From Turneriella sp. (GTDB taxonomy: Bacteria > Spirochaetota > Leptospiria > Turneriellales > Turneriellaceae), in the NCBI GenBank assembly GCA_965279515.1, contig CBDIID010000003.1, positions 3,296,001 through 3,360,000 of the forward strand: a stretch of DNA of 64,000 nucleotides, read 5' to 3'. Positions 47,586 through 55,270 of this stretch are shown piece by piece. The position numbers and the translations under genes are program-made. Within the stretch, counting starts at the first letter, position 1; each line of letters opens with the position of its first letter. The notes under the pieces were generated by a model. The model saw nothing but the letters and a program-made list of their open reading frames with translations. It was not told the origin of the DNA and searched no databases.

Positions 47586-48344
47586 ATGCAGAATCTTAAA
47601 GGTAAGACGGCCGTCATCACAGGCGGCAACAGCGGCATCGGTTATGCCACTGCGAAACAGATGAAAGAGGCCGGGGCCGCGGTAGTGATTACAGGCAGGG
47701 ACGCCGGGAAGGTCAAAACAGCGGCGTCTGAGCTCGGTATCACCGGCATCGTCGCCGATACCGCCGATCTTGCGGCGATCGGCAAATTGGTTGAGGCGGT
47801 AAAAAGCCAGTTTGGCACAGTGGATATCCTGTTTGTCAACGCCGGCGTCTTTTACCCGACACCCGTGGGGCAGATCGACGAGGCGACTTTCGACAAACAA
47901 ATGGGGATTAATTTCAAGGGCGCAGTTTTTACGCTCGAAAAATTTCTGCCCTTGCTGAAAGACGGTGCGTCGGTAATTAACCTCTCGTCGGTCAATGCCT
48001 ACACGGGCATGGCCAACACCGCGGTCTATGCGGCGTCGAAGGCGGCGATGAATTCGTACACGCGCACGGCGGCGACGGAACTCGCGCCGCGTAAGATCCG
48101 CGTGAATGCGGTCAACCCGGGGCCAGTGGCGACGCCGATCTTCGGCAAGTCGGGGCTCGATGAAGCGAGTATCAGCGGTTTCGCCGCGGCGATACAGAAC
48201 CGCGTGCCGTTAAAGCGTGTCGGCCAGCCCGAAGAAGTGGCGAAGCTGGTGACGTTTCTTGCATCCGACGATGCGTCGTTTATCACCGGTGCCGAGTACA
48301 ACATCGACGGCGGCATCAACGTAAACTCGGTGCTCGCAGGTTAA
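47586..48344 (+). CDS. Short-chain dehydrogenase/reductase
   Basis: TGGNSGIG, YAASK, RVNAVNPG, FITG..IDGG. Confidence 0.95.
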   Translation: MQNLKGKTAVITGGNSGIGYATAKQMKEAGAAVVITGRDAGKVKTAASELGITGIVADTADLAAIGKLVEAVKSQFGTVDILFVNAGVFYPTPVGQIDEATFDKQMGINFKGAVFTLEKFLPLLKDGASVINLSSVNAYTGMANTAVYAASKAAMNSYTRTAATELAPRKIRVNAVNPGPVATPIFGKSGLDEASISGFAAAIQNRVPLKRVGQPEEVAKLVTFLASDDASFITGAEYNIDGGINVNSVLAG

Positions 48345-48403
48345 GCGTTATGCGGGATTTTGGTGGTCGCCCGGTTGCGCCCCTCAAAGTCCCGCATAAC
48401 CCC

Positions 48404-48985
48404 ATGGGTCGTCCGAAAAAGTTCACGCGTCCCGAAGTCCTGCAAAAAGCGACAGAGCTTTTCCGCAAGCAGGGTTACCATGCCACTTCGATCGACGACC
48501 TCGTCCATGCGCTCGGTATTAACCGCGCCAGCCTCTATGAAACCTTCGGCGGCAAACGCGAACTTTTCGGCGAAGTGCTGCGGCAGTACACCAGCCAGAG
48601 CCTGAATTCGGTGAAAGAATTTCTCGCGACGCAAAAGTCTGTGCGCGAGGGGTTCCGCAATCTCTTCCTTTACAATCTCGACGAAATGAAATCCGGCAAA
48701 GCCACAGTGGGATGTCTTGCGGTGAACACGACTACCGAACTGTTACCGGGCGATCGCACCGTGGTCGGTGATTTAGTCACGAACCGCCGCAATGCGGAAG
48801 CCACATTCCGGGCCTTTATTCAGGAAGGTATCGAGCGCGGTGAAATCTCCAGAGATAAGAATGCAGCGGCCGTCGCCGCCTTCCTATTCACATTCAACCA
48901 CGGCATCAGCGTGCTGGCCAAGTTGCAATCCGACCGCGAAGAACTCATCGCCTCGATCGATGTGGCCTTAAAAGTTCTGGATTAA
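48404..48985 (+). CDS. TetR/AcrR family regulator
   Basis: MGRPKKF, F..QGY.ATS..DL...GI.R.SLY..FGGK, GCL..N. Confidence 0.93.
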   Translation: MGRPKKFTRPEVLQKATELFRKQGYHATSIDDLVHALGINRASLYETFGGKRELFGEVLRQYTSQSLNSVKEFLATQKSVREGFRNLFLYNLDEMKSGKATVGCLAVNTTTELLPGDRTVVGDLVTNRRNAEATFRAFIQEGIERGEISRDKNAAAVAAFLFTFNHGISVLAKLQSDREELIASIDVALKVLD

Positions 48986-48987
48986 CC

Positions 48988-49980
48988 CTACTGAAAAAGC
49001 ATGCCCTTGCCGGCCTGGTAATGCCGCAGCACCTGCGCCGGTGTCAGTACACTGCCGAGGTAAATAGCCATTTCATCGACGACGGCATTGAGCGCTGCGC
49101 CTGGCGACCAGACATACTCGCCGATGCGAAAGCTCGTCGCCGAGGCATTGCCATAGGGAACGCCGCTGATCGAGGTGATTTCGACGCCATCCTTATACAT
49201 CACCCGGCGCTGCGTCGCGGCTTCGTATGTCATGGCATAGTGGTGGTAGTTTACGGTATCGGTTTCTGACGCCGTGGGCGAGTCGAGATCCTGAGCGCCC
49301 CCGCCATAAAGACTGAAGCGGATTACGTTCGTGTTTGTCAGCGCTAAATGCATGCCATTGCCTGGGGTATTCGTGCCGTGGCTGAACACCGTTTGGAAAG
49401 TGCCCGCGGCGTTTCTTTTTACCCAAACATCAAAAGAAACATTCTGGCCAGACAGGTTAAAGGAAGACGTTGTAGTAAAATATCCACCATTCAGCGATAT
49501 CGCCGTGTTACTGTCGCCATTGATCGCACCGGCTTGCGAGTAGGTGATCGTTGCTCCGCCGGCAATGGCTGTGTCAGCCACCGCGCTGCTCACGATATTC
49601 CCCGAAGCTTCTCCCATACGGCAATAGTAGGTGATGCCCGTTTCGGCAAGGGTCATGGCCGCATACGTCGTCACTTTCACCGTGTTCTCCTCAGTCTTAC
49701 CTGCCGCGTCCGTTGCTCGCAGCGTTGTTGTACCGGTAAAGGCTCCGGGGGCATAAACTCCGGTGCTGGTATTGAGCGAGCCGCCCCCTGAAATCAACTG
49801 GTAGGTGAGCGGGGCTGTCAGGTTGGGAAAAAGCGGGGTCAATGCAATCGACTGATTGCTGAGCATCGAATAACCCGTGGGGGTCGTTACTCCAGAGGAG
49901 GAAATCCCTGAGGACCAGAAGTTTCCCCAACTATTGCATCCCCCGAAAAAAATCAAGATAGGTCCGATAAGTAAGCGCAC
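48988..49980 (-). CDS. Lipoprotein with Ig-like and LamG/concanavalin-like domain
   Basis: Signal ending FGGC; YCRMGE, FDVWVK, YHHYAMTY, YKDG, VDEMAIY..LT..QV..HY. Confidence 0.85.
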   Translation of the reverse strand: MRLLIGPILIFFGGCNSWGNFWSSGISSSGVTTPTGYSMLSNQSIALTPLFPNLTAPLTYQLISGGGSLNTSTGVYAPGAFTGTTTLRATDAAGKTEENTVKVTTYAAMTLAETGITYYCRMGEASGNIVSSAVADTAIAGGATITYSQAGAINGDSNTAISLNGGYFTTTSSFNLSGQNVSFDVWVKRNAAGTFQTVFSHGTNTPGNGMHLALTNTNVIRFSLYGGGAQDLDSPTASETDTVNYHHYAMTYEAATQRRVMYKDGVEITSISGVPYGNASATSFRIGEYVWSPGAALNAVVDEMAIYLGSVLTPAQVLRHYQAGKGMLFQ

Positions 49981-50037
49981 TCCGTATCAGCGCGATTTTG
50001 AGTCTTGACGTCAACTGTCAGCCCACCGCCAAAAGAA

Positions 50038-50066
50038 TTGACGCGGCGTCAAAAATCATCTATCTT
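50038..50066 (+). promoter_or_regulatory. Putative sigma70 promoter of the feo operon overlapped by a palindrome
   Basis: TTGACG (50038-43), 17 nt, TATCTT (50061-66); TTGACGC-G-GCGTCAA inverted repeat. Confidence 0.55.
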
Positions 50067-50071
50067 CAAGT

Positions 50072-50206
50072 GTGCTCGATTACCTGATTGTCGCAGCGTT
50101 TGTCGTGGTGGCTGGCCTCTATCTCGTATTGCGCTATCGTAACCAGCGTTCCCAGGGCGCCTGCGATCATTGTGATTCGGGTGTCAAATCCAAGCCAGCG
50201 GCATGA
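50072..50206 (+). CDS. FeoB-associated Cys-rich membrane protein (44 aa; absent from the ORF track)
   Basis: GTG start; MLDYLIVAAFVVVAGLYLVLRYRNQRSQGACDHCDSGVKSKPAA; TM helix + CxxC; ATGA overlap with feoA. Confidence 0.8.
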   Translation: MLDYLIVAAFVVVAGLYLVLRYRNQRSQGACDHCDSGVKSKPAA

Positions 50207-50430
50207 AAAAAATCCCCCCGCGCCGCCTGAGCGAGCTGAAAGCCGGTGAAACGGCCACCATTCGGGAAACCCCCACGGGCAATGAGCGCCTCGCAGAAAT
50301 CGGCATGATCAAAGGCGAAAAAGTCACCTTCGTGAAGACGGCTCCCCTCGGCGACCCGGTGGTTTTGCGCATTTTGGATGCTCCCATCATCGTGCGCCGC
50401 GTCGACATTGAAATGGTTTTGGTCGATTGA
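50203..50430 (+). CDS. feoA: Ferrous iron transport protein A
   Basis: LSELKAGE, RLAEIGM..G, APLGDP. Confidence 0.93.
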   Translation: MKKIPPRRLSELKAGETATIRETPTGNERLAEIGMIKGEKVTFVKTAPLGDPVVLRILDAPIIVRRVDIEMVLVD

Positions 50431-52367
50431 TGCGAGTTGCGCTACTTGGAAATCCCAATGCAGGTAAGACGACGGTCTTCAACGCGCTCTGCGGCACGCA
50501 CCAGCAGACCGGTAACTATGCCGGTGTCACGGTTGAAAAGAAAACCGGCGAACTGAAAGGCCACGATGAAATCGAAATCATCGACCTGCCGGGTACGTAT
50601 AGCCTGAAGCCCAAATCGGCCGACGAAGAAATTACCGCGGCGGTTCTGGCTGGCGGCGCCGAAGAGAAAAAACCCGACCTCGTGGTCGCCGTTCTCGACG
50701 CCTCAAATCTCAAGCGCTCGCTCTATCTTTGTTTGCAGGCCAAAGAAACCGGCATACCCATGATTGCCGCAATGACCATGAGCGATATCGCCACGCGGCG
50801 CGGCATCAAAATCGATCTCGTCCAGTTGCAAAAACAATTGGGATTTCCCGTTGTGGAAGTGACTTTGGCAACCAAGGGGCAAATCTCACAGCTTTCTTCC
50901 GCAATTGCGGCTTCTGCCTCCAGCCCCCCTCCCCGTTTACAGGGAGGGGCGGGGGGTGGGGACATCGACCAACGCTACGCTGAAGTGGATCGCCTTTTGC
51001 GGAAATGCCTCTCTAAAGAGAAAACCGGTCGCTCGATTTCGGAAAAGATTGATGCCGTTCTGACGCACCGCCTGCTCGGTTTCGTGGCTTTTACCTTAAT
51101 CATCGGCGGCATGTTCTTCAGCATCTATGCGGGCGCGCGACCGGTTATGGATACCATCGACGCTGGTATGAAATCGCTCGGCGGTATGCTGCGCGGGGCT
51201 CTTGGGGCATACCCCGTGACCTCATCGCTGCTCTCCGATGGCGTGCTCGCTGGTGCGGGTTCTGTTTTTGTTTTTGTACCGCAGATTATGATTCTCTTTT
51301 TCTTTATCTCTGTACTCGAAGAAACCGGCTATCTCGCGCGCGCCGCCTTTCTCATGGATAAATTACTCGGCTGGACGGGACTCAACGGCCGGGCCTTTAT
51401 TCCGCTTTTATCGAGTTTTGCCTGCGCCGTACCCGGTATTCTTTCGGCCCGCGTGATGCCCAGCGACCGGGCACGTATGGCGACGATTCTCATCGCCCCC
51501 CTCATGTCATGCTCCGCCCGGCTGCCGGTCTATGTGCTCTTTATCGGTGCCTTTATCGAGCCGCGCTTTGGTGCGCTGTGGGCTGCCGTGACACTCTTTG
51601 GCATGCATCTCGTGGGCATTGTCGTGGCGATGCCGCTGGCCTGGCTACTCAACCGTAAGATTCTCAAAACCGGCACAAGCCCGTTTATTCTTGAACTGCC
51701 CGAATACCATGCACCGCACTGGCCCAATGTCATCCGCCGCGTTTACGATGCGGCGAAGAATTTTCTCACGCGCGTCGGCACGATCATTTTCGCGTTGTCG
51801 ATTGTCATCTGGGCGCTGGCCTATTTTCCGCATAAACAAACAACCTATGACAAAGAGCTGGATCGCTTTGCGAAAGAAGCGGGGGTTGGTAAGGGGGTGG
51901 TGTTAACCACCCCCTTAAATTCACAATTTGAGAACGATCTGCGGGCGGCTTACCTAAAGGATAGTTTTCTCGGGACCTTTGGCCGCGCGGTCGAGCCCAT
52001 ATTCCGCCCGTTGGGTTTTGACTGGAAAATCTCGGTGGCGATTCTTGCGGCGTTTCCCGCGCGCGAGGTCTTCGTCTCGACGCTGGGCATCATCTTCAGC
52101 GTCACTGAAGCCAAGGACGATCCGGCGCTCTTGGGCAAAAAACTCAGCGATGAAAAGAAACCGGACGGGAAGCCGGCTTACGGAACGCTTCTGGCGATTT
52201 CTATCATGATTTTCTTTGCCCTCTGCGCGCAGTGTATGAGTACGCTGGCAACAATCCGCCGGGAGCTCAACAGCACAGGCTGGGCAGTTGCGATCTTCTT
52301 TATTCTAACCGGTATCGCCTATATAATTTCGCTCGCCGTCTACCAGATAGGTTCGAAACTGGTATAG
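50430..52367 (+). CDS. feoB: Ferrous iron transport protein B
   Basis: GNPNAGKT, GNYAGVTVE, DLPGTYSL, GYLARAAF.MD, SCSARLPVY, FILELPEY, AREV. Confidence 0.97.
   Translation: MRVALLGNPNAGKTTVFNALCGTHQQTGNYAGVTVEKKTGELKGHDEIEIIDLPGTYSLKPKSADEEITAAVLAGGAEEKKPDLVVAVLDASNLKRSLYLCLQAKETGIPMIAAMTMSDIATRRGIKIDLVQLQKQLGFPVVEVTLATKGQISQLSSAIAASASSPPPRLQGGAGGGDIDQRYAEVDRLLRKCLSKEKTGRSISEKIDAVLTHRLLGFVAFTLIIGGMFFSIYAGARPVMDTIDAGMKSLGGMLRGALGAYPVTSSLLSDGVLAGAGSVFVFVPQIMILFFFISVLEETGYLARAAFLMDKLLGWTGLNGRAFIPLLSSFACAVPGILSARVMPSDRARMATILIAPLMSCSARLPVYVLFIGAFIEPRFGALWAAVTLFGMHLVGIVVAMPLAWLLNRKILKTGTSPFILELPEYHAPHWPNVIRRVYDAAKNFLTRVGTIIFALSIVIWALAYFPHKQTTYDKELDRFAKEAGVGKGVVLTTPLNSQFENDLRAAYLKDSFLGTFGRAVEPIFRPLGFDWKISVAILAAFPAREVFVSTLGIIFSVTEAKDDPALLGKKLSDEKKPDGKPAYGTLLAISIMIFFALCAQCMSTLATIRRELNSTGWAVAIFFILTGIAYIISLAVYQIGSKLV
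50924..50961. repeat. Family-1 palindromic unit inside feoB
   Basis: Minus strand CCCCACCCCCCGCCCCTCCCTGTAAACGGGGAGGGGGG; encodes PPPRLQGGAGGG. Confidence 0.82.
51879..51917 (+). repeat. Family-2 palindromic unit inside feoB
   Basis: GCGGGGG-TTGG-TAAGGGGGTGGT-GTTA-ACCACCCCCTTA, perfect 12-bp stem. Confidence 0.7.
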
Positions 52368-53641
52368 TGAATCCTTGGCACTATGTCTATCCGCGTTTTA
52401 CGGAGCGCGAACTCGAACACCGTTTTATCCTGGGTAACAACGCCAAGGCCGCGCAGCAGGCGCGCTGGGGGTTTCTGTTCGGCACCTTTGGGTATGCAAT
52501 ATTGGGCGGCATCTCGTTCTTTCTGCTGCCCGAGTTCTTCGAGAAGTCAAAATATTTCCTCTACGGCTTTATCGTGCCGACGCATTTCACGGCGGCTATT
52601 TCTGTAGGCTTCTTCGGCAGGTTCTTTTACCTGCAATGGATTCTGGTTTTTGCCAATGTTTTCAGCAATGCCTGTGCAATCATGCTCATGTACCTCTCGC
52701 CCGACGCCTTCTACCTGAAGTACGGCTATGGTCTGGTCATTTGTATTATTATCTATACCTTCGCCATGCTACGGCTGAGGACCTTTTTCGCGATTGCTGC
52801 ATCGGGGCTTGTACTGGCACAATACCTCGCCTTCCTTATATTCATCCGGCCGATGCCGATGATCGATATTGTCTATGCGCTGGCGATAATCCTGTTCGTA
52901 AATACAGCGGGCCTGGTTTCGGTATTCTTTTTTGAACTCAATGCCCGCACCGAGTTCATGCAGAATCGCACGATCGAAGAGCAGACGAGGCAGCTCGGCG
53001 AAGAGAAAAAGCGCTCCGAAGCCTTGCTGCGCAATATCTTACCTGAAACAGTAGCCAACCGCCTGCTTTCGGGCGAGCGCACCATTGCCGATTATTTCGA
53101 GAGTGTTTCGGTGCTGTTTGCAGATATCGAAGGTTTCACCAGTCTCGCCCGCCGGCTCAAGGCGCAGGAGCTCGTGCAGTTTCTGAACAGCATCTTCAGC
53201 AGTTTCGATTCGCTGGCCGAAGTTCTGGGCCTCGAGAAAATCAAGACCATCGGCGACGCTTATATGGTCGGTGCGGGCTTACCGGCCGCCAGCGAAGACC
53301 ATGCGCAGCGCTGCTTTGCCATGGCGCAGGGCATGCTGCGTATTCTCGAAGAAGAGAACAAAAACCTGTCAGAACCACTGCGCCTGAGAATCGGCATTGC
53401 CTCGGGGCCTGTGGTCGCTGGGGTAATCGGGCAGAATAAGTTCATCTATGATCTTTGGGGCGACACGGTCAATACCGCGAGCCGTATGGAATCTTCGGGC
53501 GTGCCGGGGGAGATCCACATCACGGAGACGACCATGACCGCGCTGGGTAACACTGCACAATTTGTCGACCGCGGCGAAATTGAGATCAAGGGCATCGGCA
53601 AGATGCGCACGTATTTGGCGCGGAGCGCAGAGGTTGCTTAG
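52367..53641 (+). CDS. Membrane-bound class III adenylate cyclase
   Basis: About 6 TM helices; LLRNILP, FADIEGFT, KIKTIGDAYM, YDLWGDTVNTASRME (Lys/Asp pair implies ATP); GTG overlaps the feoB stop. Confidence 0.9.
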   Translation: MNPWHYVYPRFTERELEHRFILGNNAKAAQQARWGFLFGTFGYAILGGISFFLLPEFFEKSKYFLYGFIVPTHFTAAISVGFFGRFFYLQWILVFANVFSNACAIMLMYLSPDAFYLKYGYGLVICIIIYTFAMLRLRTFFAIAASGLVLAQYLAFLIFIRPMPMIDIVYALAIILFVNTAGLVSVFFFELNARTEFMQNRTIEEQTRQLGEEKKRSEALLRNILPETVANRLLSGERTIADYFESVSVLFADIEGFTSLARRLKAQELVQFLNSIFSSFDSLAEVLGLEKIKTIGDAYMVGAGLPAASEDHAQRCFAMAQGMLRILEEENKNLSEPLRLRIGIASGPVVAGVIGQNKFIYDLWGDTVNTASRMESSGVPGEIHITETTMTALGNTAQFVDRGEIEIKGIGKMRTYLARSAEVA

Positions 53642-54836
53642 GGTTATACCGCTCTTCGTTTGTTTCGCTTACCTGGGGTGTGGGCAGAGTTGGGGCAAAT
53701 TCTGGGAAGTGGATGTTTGTGAGGTAAACGCCTCTTATACGGAAGCGATTCAGTCGAACCGCGCAGACCAGTTCTTGTACCATCTCAGGGCGCAGCGCGA
53801 TAAAGGCGAGACAGCGATTGCCTCTGCGAATAATACAACCCTCTCAGGTCTTTCCGGCGGATTAAAATGGGCGGGCGGTGTGCTTGCTCCGAATGGAAAA
53901 ATATACACAATTCCAAGGCAAAGCGACGTCGTGGCGATCATTGATCCCGCAACGGATAGTATCAACCTGACAAAAATCACGGGGCTGACGACGACTGCAA
54001 ATAAATGGGTCGGTGGTGTACTGGCGCCCAACGGGAAAATTTACGGAATTCCTTCGGGGAGCTCCAGCGTGCTCATCATTGATCCGGCAACCGACACAGC
54101 CGATACCACCACTATCACGGGGTTAACGGGCACGACTAAATGGTTTGGCGGTGTGTTGGCCCGTAACGGAAAAATCTACGGGATTCCCCGCGATAGTAAT
54201 TTTGTCCTGGTGATTGATCCCGCGACAAATACCGCCGATGCCACAACGATCAGCGTACCGGCCGGTACATCGAAATGGTTCGGCGGCGTTCTGGCTCCGA
54301 ATGGTAAAATCTATGCAATTCCCGCCGACGCGACCAGTGTACTGATTATCGATCCCGAAAAGAACTCTGCCGATACGACAACGATTGCTGGCCTCTCGTC
54401 GGGTACCGGTAAATGGTCGGGTGGTGTTCTGGCCCCCAACGGCAAGATTTACGCGATTCCGGGATCGGGTGACAATGTGCTCATCATCAACCCCGAGAAT
54501 AACTCGGTCGATACGACGACGATTACGGGCCTGGGGGCGACGACCGTCAAATGGCTGGGGGGCGTTTTGGCCCCCAACGGCAAAATCTACGGTATGCCCC
54601 ACAATATCGCCATTGGAAATCTGCTGATTATTGATCCGGCGATAAATACGGCGGATATAACCTCTGTGGGCGGTTTGACAGGCGGCACAGACAAGTGGTT
54701 CGGTGGAGTACTCGCGGGGAATAAGAAGATCTATGGCATGCCCTTCGACAGTACCGTGGGTTTGATTCTGGATACTAAGTCGAAGGGCGCCTTCTGCGAC
54801 GCGGTGCTCCAGTCGGCATACCTGAATAAATATTAA
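53634..54836 (+). CDS. Lipoprotein with seven near-identical ~46-aa repeats (7-bladed beta-propeller)
   Basis: TTG start; signal ending YLGC; 7x KWxGGVLAxNxKIYxxP. Confidence 0.85.
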   Translation: MLRVIPLFVCFAYLGCGQSWGKFWEVDVCEVNASYTEAIQSNRADQFLYHLRAQRDKGETAIASANNTTLSGLSGGLKWAGGVLAPNGKIYTIPRQSDVVAIIDPATDSINLTKITGLTTTANKWVGGVLAPNGKIYGIPSGSSSVLIIDPATDTADTTTITGLTGTTKWFGGVLARNGKIYGIPRDSNFVLVIDPATNTADATTISVPAGTSKWFGGVLAPNGKIYAIPADATSVLIIDPEKNSADTTTIAGLSSGTGKWSGGVLAPNGKIYAIPGSGDNVLIINPENNSVDTTTITGLGATTVKWLGGVLAPNGKIYGMPHNIAIGNLLIIDPAINTADITSVGGLTGGTDKWFGGVLAGNKKIYGMPFDSTVGLILDTKSKGAFCDAVLQSAYLNKY

Positions 54837-55174
54837 GAACCCAAGATTGCCCGCAGCAGGTCGCCGACCGTCTTATGGCGTTCGATGCCGTGGCGCAGGT
54901 GGGCATCGTTATGGATACGGTAGCGGTTGCGCCGCCCCTCTTTTTTGACCGATAAAACTTTTACAACCGTCAAATCTTTGACGATGGTCAGGACCGCCCG
55001 TTCCGTAATGCCCACCAGCGCCGCGACTTGCCTGAGGGTAATGCCGGGGTTAGCGGCGAGACAGATCAGCACATGCGTGTGGTTCGTCAGAAAGGTGAAG
55101 TCATGCGGTGGCAGCGCTCTTTTCGTGGGTCGGCGGCGGGTCAGCAAGGTGTTTGCGGAATCAGGAATGCACAC
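54833..55174 (-). CDS. Winged-helix regulator (ArsR/MarR/AsnC-like)
   Basis: FTFLTNHTHVL, LRQVAALVGITERAV, GRRNRY, LRH.IE. Confidence 0.88.
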   Translation of the reverse strand: MCIPDSANTLLTRRRPTKRALPPHDFTFLTNHTHVLICLAANPGITLRQVAALVGITERAVLTIVKDLTVVKVLSVKKEGRRNRYRIHNDAHLRHGIERHKTVGDLLRAILGS

Positions 55175-55219
55175 TTGCGCTCAACTGTTTTTCGCTTGTG
55201 GACGAGTCTGGACCTCAAA

Positions 55220-55241
55220 TACATGAATTAGTATTCATGTA
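55220..55241. promoter_or_regulatory. Perfect 9-4-9 inverted repeat, probable operator
   Basis: TACATGAAT-TAGT-ATTCATGTA between the wHTH regulator and the divergent GH18 gene. Confidence 0.7.
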
Positions 55242-55270
55242 AAAAAATACATGTAATCGGAGTGAGTTAA

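Noticed and set aside
53860..54745. Regularly spaced DNA repeats resembling a CRISPR or other array
   Set aside because: The repeats are degenerate at third codon positions and are explained by protein propeller repeats; no cas genes.
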